Made by a program: the position numbers and the translations under genes. A DNA stretch of 64,000 nucleotides, taken from assembly GCA_964016885.1 (NCBI GenBank), contig OZ024742.1, forward strand, positions 116,994,001 through 117,058,000, written 5' to 3'. The stretch's first letter is position 1, and each line of letters opens with the position of its first letter. The notes under the pieces were generated by a model, which saw only the letters and a program-made list of their open reading frames with translations, did not search any database and had not been told where the DNA came from. This document shows positions 11,384-24,672 of the stretch, piece after piece. This DNA is from Eledone cirrhosa (lineage: Eukaryota).

Positions 11384-13399
11384 CAGGCATGTCAAACATG
11401 CAGCCCGTGGGCAGCATGCAGTCCTTTACAGGCGCCCTGTGGCCCGCAGAAAGTTTTTTACAGGGTGAGCATGTTTTCTGATACTGATAAGAAGGTAGCT
11501 TGGAAGTGTCACTACGAGAGGCTACTAAATGAGGAGAACAAGTGGGAAAAAGATAGTCTGCCCCAAATCGATCCAATAGAGGGACCAGCAGTGCAAGTTG
11601 AAGGTAGTATAATAAATAAGGCAATCAAAGATATGAAGACAGGCAAAGCAGCTGGGCCTTCAAAGATAGTTGCTGAAATGCTGAAAACATCTGGATCGGT
11701 GGGACACACTATGGTCTCCCGGATAGTAAACCAAGTCATACAGAATGGGGTCATACCAAATGACTGGCATAGCAGCATCATCATTAACTGCTACAAGGGT
11801 AAAGGAGATGCAAATATAGAGGCATTAAATTAATTGACGAGGTCATGAAGGTCACAGAAAAAGTTATAGCGCAACTGATCAGAGAGCGACTTGATTAGAT
11901 GAAATGCAGTTCGGGTTTGTGTCAGGTAAAAGTACCACAGACGCTCTTTTCATTGTACGACAACTACAGGAGAAGTACCTAGCTAAAAGTAAACCCCTAT
12001 ACTTAGCTTTTGTTGCCTTGGAGAAAGTCTTTGACAGAGTCCCCCGCTCAATTATCTGGTGGGCTCTTATAAAACTAGGTGTTGATGAATGGCTCGTGAG
12101 AGCTATACAAGCCATGTATAAAGAAACAGTCAGCAAGGTTAGAATTAACAACGAATATAGTTAAGAATTTAGCATAAAAGTTGGTGTTCATCAGGGCTCT
12201 GTCCTTAGCCCCCTCCTATTTATTATTGCCCTTCAGGCTATAACAGAGGAGTTCAAGACCGGCTGCCCATTGGAACTTCTATACGCAGATGATCTAACGC
12301 TCATAGCTGAATCAATGGCTGAACTAGAGAAGAAATTCCAAACTTGGAAGCATGGCCTAGAATCAAAAGGCCTTAAAATTAACTTGTCTAAGACTAAAGT
12401 TCTAGTATGTAGGAAGGAAAATAGGGCACTGGTCCTCTCTGGGAAATGGCCATGCTCAGTGTGTAGGAAAGGAGTAGGCAGAAACTCCATTTTATGTCCC
12501 AAATGCAAAGTATGGGTGCATAAAAGATGTAGTAGGATCACAGGTAAACTAACTAAGAACATAGATTTTAGATGTGACCGGTGCTCAGGTGCAATAAGAA
12601 TAGCAAGTGCCCACAGAATACTAGCTCCTTACATTGCCCAGATGGTTCTATAGAAATAGTGGACACCTTCCGTTACCTGGGTGACAAAATCAGCAGTGGT
12701 GGAGGGTGCTCTGAAAGTACAGTAGCTAAAGTCAGAACGGGATGGAAAAAGTTCAGAGAGCTTATACCACTATTGGGCGCTAAAGGTTTCTCCCTAAAAA
12801 TGAAAGGCAGACTGTATGATGCCTGCACACAAAGAGCAATGTTACATGGCAGTGAGACCTGGGCATTGTGTACAGAGGATCTGCACAGACTGGAGAGGAA
12901 CGAAGCTTGCATGCTCCATTGGATGTGTACTAGTAATATACGTGAACGGCAAAGCATACCCCACTACCCCCATCTACACCACCCCTTTCTCTGTAAAGTT
13001 ATGTTGGTGCCACAACATCCAGTCCTAAATAAATGAGGTCGTGTAGGTGTCACGACAAAAAAACACACAGTCCACGCTGTAATGTGGCCGTGTAGGTAAC
13101 ACAGTAAAAACCTCCCAGTCCACACTGTAAACGTGGTTGTTGTTAGGAAGGGCATCCAGCCGTAGAAAACCCACCACACAGTCCTAGACGAGCAAGACAA
13201 CCAATCTTGCCTCAAGTGGGGCAATTCCCATCTAAACCCATGTTAGCGTGAAAGATAGACATTAAATGATGATGATGATGAATATAAAATTAAAAAGAAT
13301 AGTTGTAATGTGCACAATTAGTTGTCATGTGTGGCCCTTAAACAAATCATATGAGACCACCCATGTGGCCCTCGGGGAACCCTCAGTTTGACATGCCTG
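11384..13399. mobile_element. hAT (Charlie/Buster-type) MITE with an RTE inserted inside
   Basis: Perfect 14-bp TIR caggcatgtcaaac (11384-11397) / gtttgacatgcctg (13386-13399); perfect 8-bp TSD cactagat (11376-11383, 13400-13407) with central TA; subterminal gtggccc motifs. Confidence 0.95.
11461..13281 (+). mobile_element. RTE LINE pseudogene covering most of the RT, with an internal deletion near 12958
   Basis: ORFs 11465..11833, 11904..12164, 12270..12653, 12581..13036: QFGF, LEKVFDRVPR, HQGSVLSPLLF, LLYADD, FRYLG; (GAT)n tail. Confidence 0.95.
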
Positions 13400-16146
13400 C
13401 ACTAGATAATATAACCATAGAAACCCCTAAAATAGGATTGTCACAGATTGAATGCTTTTAATCATATATCTTCTCAATCAAAGTTTCATCATTTGGCCCT
13501 CAAGCAGTAGTGGCACCATCATAATACATGGCATATCTTTTGCATTTTAAATTTGGTTGAGTCGATTTTTCTCCTGGTCTAACAGCTGATTTCTTACACA
13601 GAAAATGACTGATAATCAGAGGGATAGAGAGAGGCAGGGGAGGGAAATTGACTCTTGTACTATACAAGTACTTTATTTGTTGACTCTTAAAGGATAGCAG
13701 GCAAAATTTATACTAGTGAGATTTAAACTCAGAATACAAAGCATCAGAACAAATACCACAAAGCACTCAATCCAACATGCTAATGATTCTATCTTTGGGA
13801 GTGGAGATGGACTAAACAACAATATATATGTCCATAATTTTGTATTACAGTATTTTGCAACCTACAATATTTACAAAGTATAGATTTTTCATTAGTCTAG
13901 AATAAAAAAAGCAAGAAACCTAAAGCAACAAAAATTCACAAAAATGTATTTTGAGGTATGTATGTAATTCTAGCTGTGAAAGCTAAACTTTGCTGTTTAT
14001 CGTAGGAAGAGATTAACAAGACTATTTTTCCATAATTCTTTGTAATTGGAGATTTGGAGAGAAACTAATTTCTGAAAATAAATACATAAATACATTTTAA
14101 GAGTCTGTATCTTAATCCTAAGTATATATATCATTATTTAAGTCTTGATAACATAGAGATTGCCACAGGAATGATGTAAAGAAACAAATAGAATATCAGA
14201 AAATAGGCAGAGCTTCAGAGGCTAAATATATTGCAAAATGCCAAATGTGTACATACTTAATGATCCTACAAAATATCTAGGAATTAAGCATCATGAAAAG
14301 AAGATTCAAGGAGAATATCTGTTTGACAAATAGGTTGACTAAATGTCAGGAATTGATGATTTTAAATGTCTTTTAGAATGTATGTAGATGATTCAGAAAT
14401 TCAGTTGAGAATCATTATCTCAGGTTCAGTACCACAGCATAGCTTCTTGAGCAAGTACTTTTATTTTTACTATAATTTTGTATCAACCAAAGATTTGTGA
14501 AGGAAATTGAGTAGCTGGAAAGCTATCATGTGGATTTTATATAGAATTCATAGATCCAGCCTTATCAAATATTGTGACACTGATATTGCTTTAGGATTAT
14601 GTTAAAGGTACATGTATCTGTTGAATACTCTGTCATTTACATGTTAATTCAATGAGTCAGACACTCAGTTGATAGAAAACACGATTGCATATTGTTGAAA
14701 CTAATAGAAGATTCATAATCACAGAATACTCATGGTCTCAGTAAAACTGTGATAAAAATATTGTTAACCAGTTCTAAAAAATCTATATATGTGATGATTC
14801 TCAACTATTATGAATGAAACAATCACAGTGATACCCATCACACTGAGAGGGTCAAAAGTGTAGTCAGTTAGAAGCAGTAGTTGCTAAACAGAAACCACAG
14901 AGAAGCAAGATACAGTAGGAAATAAACAAAAAGACAACAGCTTAAATGGAGATGGATTTTCTGTAATCTTATGATAAATAGAAATATAATCTTTCATCTG
15001 CTATAAATACAGCTACAGTTTTCCTCCACGTAGCATGATCCTATGTCAGACTGGCAATATCCTCAGATCCCACCAACAACTTAACAACTTGTGAATTTTC
15101 TCTTGATATTTTTCTGCTGTCATGTCTTACTCACACCATGTTACATGATCTACATATTGCATTTGCACTTGGGATTAATTTCTGGGTCTCTCAATGTATG
15201 ACTCAGAAATCCGAGCTTGCAGGAGACAACCAAATGGCACATGGTCACAACATCTGATGTCCAGGATAACTCTCATTGATATTCTTCTCCATCTTCTTGA
15301 TATAAACAGAGACAAGTTTTCTGTAAATTTCTGGCTTCATGATTTCTAGATTTACACTGCAGTATTGATACTAAATAAACTAATATGACGATGGTATTAT
15401 TAGAATATGATTATCAAAAATTAATGTAACAAAAAATAATTTTTGATTTAAATTAAAAATAATTTAAATCATTTTAATTCAGACTGCAAAATATTCCATA
15501 TTAGAAAAAAACAAATTGATTAGGGAGCTTCTACTCAGTGACCCAACATACTAGAAATAGCAGCCAAATCCCCATTAAAAAGACATGTTGGACAATGCAG
15601 TCACTGATTTACAAGCTGATGAAATGGTCATTGCTGAGATGCCTTTGATCATAGGTTTGATCATTGCTTACCACAACAGTATATAGGAATCAATTTGGCA
15701 GATGAGTTAGAGCATTAGACAGAATGCCTATTCCGACTTTTCATATTTTGATTTCAGATCCTGCTGAGGTCAGCTTCTCTTTTCATCCTTCTATGGTCAA
15801 TAAAGTACAACTCTTAGGCAGTGAACCTATGAAATAGATCAAATTTTGGATTTGAGGCTTTGTGACATTTGCATTCTGTCATGACTCACTTGGATGGTAG
15901 ACTTTATCCTCCATTCAGCTTATCACCAGACATTTGAGTATCTTCAGTGAAGTCTACTTTGTTGCAAGGATTCAGGCCATCCCCCCAGTTTGAAGATACC
16001 CTCCTCCCTTCCTTAAGTCTCAGAGGCCCAGAAACATGTTATGGGCACTGCCCTTCTGCTAGGCTAAGTGATAGAAACAAAATTTTAAAATGAAATAATT
16101 GTGATATTTAAAGAAATGTTATTTGTGTATGTATATCTACATTAAT

Positions 16147-16562
16147 TTAAACCTTTTGTAACCAGATATCTAATGAAGAAACCCTGCTTATGGTATTTAG
16201 TTAATTTAAAAAATAATTAAAACTTATTATTAAGCTTGTGTAGGATTGTGGATTGGTAGAATTGGTAGAGTGTCAGATAACATGCCTTTTCATTATTTGT
16301 TCAGACTCTTTACATTTTGAGTTCAAAAGCTGCAGACATCTAATTTGTCTTTGATCCTTCTAGGGTCATTAAATCAAAGTACTGGTAAAGTACTGGGTCC
16401 CCTTCCCCCAAATTTTTGCCTTATGCCGATGCAAGAAAGAATTAATATCTGGTGTTTGCAACATAAATTAACAAAAGGTTTAAATTTAAATAGATTTTAA
16501 AACAATGTTTTGTATCATAAAAACAAGCTTGGTCTCATGCAGGTTAGTATTAAAAGGGTTAA
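16147..16562. mobile_element. TTAA-flanked piggyBac-like MITE (family 2) with a SINE inserted at about 16245-16445
   Basis: ttaaaccttttg...taaaagggttaa ends; related left ends near 21352, 39107, 58080 and 62558. Confidence 0.55.
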
Positions 16563-18214
16563 TTCCTTGGAATGAGTCTCTCAATACATTCTGTCAAATG
16601 AAATAGATATACCATGAAGTAAAATATATGAGTGATAATGAGAACTTCTATGTGATTGCTAGACCTGCTAAATCTAGCTGTAAAATCACTTCCAAACCAT
16701 ATCTTCCTGACTTACAAAAGGACATACTAGATAATGTACTCTGGGGTACACTAAGTTTGTAAAGAATGTTGGCAGGCTTGATTTAGGGGCGAAACAGCAT
16801 AAGAAAAGATTTAAATATAGCAATGGCATTTTATTATATCCATGTGTATTTAGTTTAGAATAAGGCTACCATATCCCTGCACATCAAGTGAGGAAATTAA
16901 AAGAGTTGGCACCAGGAAGTGCATCTGGTCACAAACCTTGCCTCAAAACGAAGCCCATGATGAGTATAATTACATATGAACATGGTGTATAGGTTGGATT
17001 ACAGTGTCTTGCTCATACATTCTATTTTGTCATGGTTTCTACAGCTGGATGCCCTTCCTAATGCCAACCACTTCCTGGTATGTATCTGGTTAATTTACTT
17101 ATGGTACCACGCACGACCAATTGACGGTGTAGACTGGATACTTTTTTTCATCTCACCAACACTACCACTTTAGAGTGTGGGATGAGGGAATTTTATTGTA
17201 GCACATGCACAAAAAAAGAAGAAAGGAAAAAGGATGGTGGTATTTAGTTTTTACTTTTTACCAATCTTCAGATATCTATTTTACTTAATTTTTTGACTAA
17301 GGAAAACAACTGTTCAGGTTTTTCTATGAAAAATATAGTCTTCATTTTTAGATTGGAAATGGATTGGATGCTAATGCTGAAGGACAAAACTAGAAACTCT
17401 TTATTTGAAACATAATTCTATTTCTGATACATAAAAAATGATGAGGAATAATTTGGATGTATCTTATTACATTGATTATATATTTTCTTGATATTATGAT
17501 TGTTCAAAAGAATTACATTGTAGTTAATTGGAAAATCAATTTCATTTCTACAACAAAGATTTTATAAATCTAGATGATCTGATTGGCAGCACTCTGATTT
17601 CTAAAAATTGTTCAGAAATCAGTAAATGCTAAGGGCAAAAAAGAAGAAACAAACATTTCATTTTAGACTGGTTTAAAAATATATAAAATAAGGAATATAT
17701 TGCCATGAAATTATTATTGCATAGCTTATATTTCTTGATAATTCTAAAACATTTTTGTTGTGACCAAAGAAAGACAACATTTCTGCTATTATGGTAAAAT
17801 GCTCTGAAAAGATGTAATGCATAAAATTAACAAAGCAAATAAGCAATAACAATGAAAATAAATCTGAAAGAAAAGAAAGGAGACATACACACTCCATCAA
17901 TCACAAACTACAACAGGGAATTAGTGTTTCTCTATACAAATGTTTGAGGTTACCTAAAACATCCGTAGCAGTACTGCAGGTGATAGCAAAGCTGAGGTGA
18001 TTGAACAGCCAAGCACACTTAACAATATTACTTCATAATGAGGTAGTATCAAAAGGAGCAACAAATCATATATAAAAGGCTTCATAAAACATTACATCCA
18101 ATCCATGCCAGCATCAAAACACTGATTTAAACACTAGTGATGTGCATGATATTTATATTGAAATATATTCTTAGACATTTGTACATGAAAATTTATTTAT
18201 TTAAACCTATTCCC

Positions 18215-18425
18215 CTTCTTCTTCAACTTCTTTTTCTTCATCTTCTTTTTCTTCTTCTTACTGAGAGGGTCATGGGGGAAGAGTCCTCAATCACTCCTTT
18301 CAGCATGTCCTGTCAGAAGCAACCATCTCCAACTGATCCGAGTGGATCCCCAAGGAGACCAGCCAAGCTCATAGATGTTATCCAACCATCTTGCTTGGGG
18401 TCTACTGTCGGTTGGTTTTACCTGT
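18215..18425 (-). mobile_element. 3' end of Rex3/Expander-like RTE with (GAA)n tail
   Basis: Homologous to 36450-36600 (ccagccaagctcatagatgttatccaacc); (CTT)n run on the + strand. Confidence 0.8.
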
Positions 18426-18563
18426 GAAATCTATCTAGTGATAATTTTATAAGACCCATAATATCGGGGCTGTGATCTATTCCTTTTTCTTCAAAATGTT
18501 CAGTCTTTCTGACAGTGCACTTATCTATTTTGAAGTATCTTAAAATTATATATATATATATAT

Positions 18564-19636
18564 ATCATCATCATCATCATCATCATCATCGTTTAACGTC
18601 CGTGTTCCACGCTTGCATGGGTTTGGACGGGGGTTTTCCCACTTGAGGCAAGAGTGATTGTCTTGCTCGCATAGGACTGTCTGGCGCGTTTTCTACAGCT
18701 GGATGCCCTTCCTAACACCAACCACATTTACAGTGTGGGGCTGGCAGGTTTTTACCGTGTTGCCTACACGGCCACATTACAGCGTGAACTGTGTGTTTTT
18801 TTGTCGTGACACCTACACGATCTCATTTGTTTCGGCCTGGATGTTGTGGCACCAACATAACTTTACATTGAAAGGGGCGGTGTGGATGGGGGGGGGGGGG
18901 GTGTATTTTGTTAGAGATGCCTACTGACTGTAGTAGGTTTTACTTTGTATTTAGGTAAGGCGGGTCTTCTCTATTACTGAGTACTGCCAAAGGTCTCGGT
19001 CCAGTGACATTGTCTTGGAGAGGTGTAAGTGTGTGAGGTCGGAATTTATCAGCTCATCCCAGGTTTTTCTGGGTCTGCCTACTCCGTAGCTACCGTCTAT
19101 CTTTATTGCCCTGCACTTTGTTATACAGCTGTCGTCTTTCATGCGCATCACATGACCATACCAACGTAGCCTTCTCTCGAGTAAACAACATCTGATCCCT
19201 CTTATTTCTAATTTTTTCCTTAGTTCGCTTATGCTTTGCCGTTCACGTATGTTACTATTACACATCCAGCGGAGCATGCAAGCTTTGTTCCTCTCTAGTC
19301 TGCGTATATCCTCTGCACACAATGCCCAGGTCTCACTGCCATGCAACATTGCTGTTCGTATGCAGGCATCATACAACCTGCCTTTCATTTTTAGGGAGAA
19401 CCCTTTAGTGGCTAATAGTGGTATAAGCTCTCTGAACTTTTTCCAACCAGTTCTGACTCTAGCTACTGTACTTTCAGAGCACCCTCCCCCACTGCTGATT
19501 TTGTCACCCAGGTAACGGAAGCTGTCCACTATTTCTATAGAACCCTCTGCGCAATTGAAAGAGCTAGTATTTCGTGGGCACTTGCTGCTACTTATTGCAC
19601 CAGAGCACCGGCCACATGTAAAATCTATGTTCTTAG
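18564..19636 (-). mobile_element. 5'-truncated young RTE LINE inserted in a (TA)n tract
   Basis: Uninterrupted ORF 18951..19529 (DSFRYLG...RRLRWYGHVMR...GRPRKTW), same 3' UTR as 10884-11278, (TA)n on both sides. Confidence 0.97.
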
Positions 19637-19710
19637 ATATATATATATATATATAGGGAGTACGGACTGGATCAAATTCTGTCGATCAGTTGGTTATTGA
19701 TTATGCAAAG

Positions 19711-19828
19711 CCCGCTGATGAAGCCACATGCACCGATTATGCATTGTTGCATAATAAATGCAGAATGTAGATAATAGATGCTGTACACTTTCTTGCTGCA
19801 TTAAGTGTGGCCGAAACTCAAGTACAGG
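19711..19828 (+). ncRNA. Type I hammerhead-ribozyme-like motif with a long stem II loop
   Basis: cccg CTGATGA a gccaca...tgtggc c GAAA ct ca ag TA cagg; one mismatch in stem I. Confidence 0.55.
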
Positions 19829-19973
19829 TATAGATTTATAGTACCCATTTACATGTGTTGTATTGAGGCAATTAACAATGTGTCTACTCTGGGATTTTTA
19901 CATAACCTTACTTATTGAGTACACTGACATGCAACTGGTACAGGGAAACCTTATGCTAGTCCCGTCAACTTCT

Positions 19974-20120
<147 letters not shown>

Positions 20121-20207
20121 GTAAAAGGTAAACTGAAATAACAACACAATCTGTACACTTTATGGAAGGGATATATTAGGTTAACGCTTGATATAACAGG
20201 AAGAGGG

Positions 20208-20243
20208 TCTTAACGTTTCAGAGGCTAGTCTTTCTTCAGAAGA
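20208..20243 (-). ncRNA. Minimal type I hammerhead-ribozyme motif
   Basis: Minus strand: tctt CTGAAGA a aga ctagcc tct GAAA CG TT aaga; stems I and II pair and stem III is the palindrome ACGT. Confidence 0.6.
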
Positions 20244-20383
20244 AAGAATGAGAAATAAGATAGATTGAGAGGACGGGCAGGTTGGAATTGGGAAAAATGT
20301 CTTTAGATAAAAATAACATGGTCATATCTCTTGCAAAACTGTTGGTGCTGGCGTTTTGTGTATGATTTATTTTTTAGAAAAGT

Positions 20384-20419
<36 letters not shown>

Positions 20420-22053
20420 TTGTGTTTGTGTGTATTAAATCTTTAATACTCAATATATCAACAATGAGCTAATATTGAATTTTGTACATTCTTTAAAATC
20501 CTTTTGTGTGTTTCTCTCCAGAAAATAACAGCTTTTAATTATAGCTTAGTCTTATCATTTTTATCAGCAATTTCTCCAAATATGTTTACACTGATGTGAA
20601 CTAAATACTTTATATGATCAGTAATTATTACTAATGATATATGTGGTTTGAAATTTATGTACTTTTGGTTTTATGTTTATAACTGTCGCCCACCCCCACA
20701 AAAAATAGTTTTCCTTATATGTCTGATGATTAAAATGTCCAATAGATGAGTTGTTAGCTGTCAAAAGTTGGAAAAGATAAATAGCTGAATGTACTTTTGT
20801 AATGAGAGAAAAATGGCAATATATATTCTTTTATTGTTATTCTGTAATTAGAAAAAGACATGGTAATATTTTGATACTTTCAAGACAATACTTTTGTGTT
20901 TCAATTAATTTTGAAAATAATCAAGAATTTTGAAGGATTTATTAAATTAACTAACTTTTTCATTGTAAAGCTAGTGGTTGTTTTATAATTTAAAACTTCA
21001 AAATCATCATCACTATCGGCCCATTTATACCTATTTTCTTATGCTTTCATAGCATCCCTCTACGTTAACAAAGAAAAAGGTGTTGTTGTTTCATTAATGT
21101 GGTTGAACATCGTGAGATATGAACTTTCTGTCTCTACCCAAGTCTTCCTTGGTCTTTTTTCACTTGAACTTCTAGCAATTCTTTATACATACACATTATA
21201 ATGGAAGGTTTTAGTTAACATGTAAACATTCAAAAACCAAGATAAAAAACGTATGATCTGAGGTTCTCTGAAGTAAATGAGCAATCAAAATGGGTAACAG
21301 TAAAATTGTTTTATCTGCTATCATTCTTTGCTGGCTTATCTTGACATAAATACTTTGATACCAACCCACTTGGGATGACCCCTAATTCTATGATACAAAA
21401 CCTCACATTGTAAATTTTTCATATTTGAATTAAAACTTCACATCACAGTTTTATATTTAAATATTTTGTTTATCTATGTTTCAATTACCAGATTGATAAT
21501 GAAAATATTAGTTATTATAGTAAATCACTGTCTCCCTTTCAAAATCATTTCAGACAGCCGTGTAATATAATTCATTAGAAAGAGGGCAAAACAAAGGTTA
21601 AAAATTATGGATGTATCACATGAGATTTGTTTATCATTTAGTTATCATGGGATATTTATTAAGTTTTATCATAAGCTATTACAGATATTTTTAGATCACT
21701 ACCACACAAAATTAAATTGAGGTTAAGAAAATAATTATTTGTTTTTCTATTTAAAATAGATACATTGTTCTGTCTAGCAAATATGGCAGCACTGTCTTTC
21801 CCTCATCTCTATCTTGACCATACTCCTTATTTTTCTCCCACCCTCTACTCACTTACATCCCACTCATTATCTCTGAAATTAAGACCAACTACCAATACTC
21901 AAATTACTTTATTCGGACACCTACTTTACACCAAATATAGTTGAAGATACTTGCTATGGTTACACATTTGGATCACACATAGAACAACATAGATGTGAAG
22001 CAAAAATTTTAACCACACACACACACTCATGCATGTGTGTGTGTGTGTGTATA

Positions 22054-22300
22054 TATCATCATCATCATCATCATTTCATTTTACGCTCACTTTTCTCTGC
22101 TTGCAAGGGTAGGATGGGAACTGATTCTGGCTTGATTTCTACAGCTGGATGCCCTTCCTAACACCAACCTCATTTACAGTGAGTGCTGGGTGGTTTTTTC
22201 CGTGGCACCTACACGTTCACTTTACAGTATGGGCTGGGTGCTTTTTTGGCGTGGCACCTCCACGACCACTTTGCAGTAGAATGATAGGGACCCCAGTCAG
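22054..22300 (-). mobile_element. 3' part of SINE family B (RTE-type tail)
   Basis: Matches 32470-32661; carries an extra 45-bp internal repeat unit. Confidence 0.9.
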
Positions 22301-22944
22301 GATGTTTGTTTACAAACAAACCGAGCATTATAATAAATGTTCGGTAAATCCATACGTACATATATATATATGTGTGCATGTATGTATATATATACATACT
22401 ACTGTACGTCTGTATACATATATGTATATACGTATACATACTTATATATATATATATATATATATTGCTTGTCTTTGTTTACAATGAAACTTCTGTTAAT
22501 CTTAATATATTTGGATGGAACCAAAGAAAGATGAAATAGATTTTTCAGAAATTGACTGAATAACAGGAAAAATGAATCACAAACACGCTCACATTCCCTC
22601 ACACAAACATTTACATACTCTCAGCACAAACGATATTAAAACTGACAGCAACACAATTACAATTTATACTTATGTTTCACTTTAACACCTTATATAAGAT
22701 ACTCACGTTTGTCTATATCACCAGATATACTTACGTTAAATCTTGTTCCTAACACTAAATATATTATAACCTATCTCATGTATAAGAATTATATATATTA
22801 TATCTTATCTGTTGCCCTAGATATATACTTATGTTATAGCCACCAGATATACATTATCATGTCTGTAGCACCACATATAAGTATGTATGTACATATGTAT
22901 TCATATTTATGCATGTGTTTATGTATGTATTTGTGTGTACTGTT

Positions 22945-23470
22945 AGATGACCAGGAGTGATAGACCCCTAGTTCTTGTTAGGACATCATTCTAGGAGAAG
23001 GAAAACTTTGATGTAAAACCTGCAACTTGATGGCAGCCAATGATATTGATCTATTCTTTTTGGCTACCTGTCACCATTGTTTTGAGAGTGGGATTGGTCT
23101 AGTGCAAGATCATTTTTTTTACTTAAAACACATCAAGTACAGGCATCACATGATCTAAACATCTTTTACATGAGTTGCATGAACATGTCTAGCCATAGCT
23201 GAAAAAAGCCAAATGCCTAAAAACGATGAACTCAAACACCTCGTTTATGTCAAACCATGTGTCACTGAAAGTCAAGGTTACTACTACATTAAATAATGTC
23301 CATTAGAGTAGTGTGGTGGATGGTTAAATGGTACTCTCCATTCCACTGAGGCTAATCACAGCTGATGACACGATCCTAGATGCTTACATAATGTTTACCT
23401 AATTTCTGCCCATGGTGGTTCCACTTGGACTGCCAGCAGATGGAGTCACAGAACCTAATGCATTGGTCTG
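22945..23470 (+). mobile_element. Probable degenerate RTE 5' UTR and endonuclease start
   Basis: tctaggagaaggaaaactttgatgtaaaacc resembles the 5' UTR motif of RTE-clade elements; downstream coding signal is faint. Confidence 0.4.
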
Positions 23471-23678
23471 ATGGTGTAATTTTCTACCCACACGAAATCG
23501 TTTTTCTCAACTAATTAATGTATAAGAGTACGCTCTAATTTTTCTTGGGATCGTGTCTTAATAACACAGACTTAATTAAATTATTGGGTGAATGAGAAAA
23601 TGAGTCAGTCCTATTCAATATCTTTGTTTAATTATTATTATTATATATATATATAAATTCATGTATATATATATATTC

Positions 23679-23718
<40 letters not shown>

Positions 23719-23790
23719 ATAAATATTCATATATATATATATATAAATTCATGTATATATATAGAGAGAGATAATTAGATACACATATAT

Positions 23791-23856
<66 letters not shown>

Positions 23857-23860
<4 letters not shown>

Positions 23861-24192
23861 TCCGCGCTGCTTTAAACGTGTCTTGGAGGGAACACCCAAC
23901 AAATAAGGATCTCTATGGCAATATACCACCTATCAGCAGGTCAATACGTGGACAGAGACTCAGATTTACTGACCACTGTTGGCGCAGCAAGGAAGAAATA
24001 GCAGGTGATGTGTTGTTATGGAGTCCACCTCATGGAGCAAGAAACGCTCGTCGTCCCAAGAAGACATACGTCAAGCAACTTGAGGATGATACTGGATGCA
24101 CTGTGGAAGAACTGGCAAATGCTATGAGAGACAGAGATGGATGGAGGAAACGTGTCGTAGAAAGCCGAGCAAGCTCGACCTGATGAGGATGA
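23857..24192 (+). mobile_element. 3' end of a second RTE family inserted in (TA)n; stop codon runs straight into the tail
   Basis: ORF 23857..24183 [21 protein letters not shown]...RLRFTDHCWRS...VLLW.P..G...RPKKTY...AMRDRDGW; followed by tgatgaggatga. Confidence 0.9.
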
Positions 24193-24240
24193 TATATACA
24201 TATGAACAGATATATATATATATGAACAGACATATATATA

Positions 24241-24672
24241 TCATCATCATCATTATCCCCATTTTACGTCCATTCTTCCACGCTGGGTTTGATGGGTTGT
24301 CCTGTTGTGGGCAGTGTCCAGTCGGCTGAGCTTGTCTTGCTCATACGGGAACTGATTCTAGCTTGATTCTACAGCTGGATGCGAACTGATTCTAGCTTGA
24401 TTCTACAGCTGGATGCTTTTCCTAACACCAACCTCATTTACTGTGAGTGCTGGGTGTGTTTTTTGCCGTGGCACCTCCACGACCACTTTGCAGTGGAATG
24501 ATAGGTACCCCAGTCCTATCATCTCATTTCTATAGTTGAGTAAATTGGAGCAATGTGAAATAAAGTGCCTTACTCAAGGAAACAACACATCATCCGGTCC
24601 GAGAATTGAACTCACAACCTTTCGATTGCAAGATTGCAAGCCCAATACTCTAACCACTAAGACATGCGCCTC
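24241..24672 (-). mobile_element. Full-length SINE family B (tRNA head, CORE-like body, RTE-type tail, long tail variant)
   Basis: A/B boxes on the minus strand, ccttgagtaaggcactttatttcac body, (GAT)n tail; 34-bp internal tandem duplication at 24349-24416. Confidence 0.9.

Noticed and set aside
9972-12957. Antisense ORFs opposite the RTE ORFs (also 19231..19515, 2721..2921)
   Set aside because: Shadow frames of LINE coding sequence
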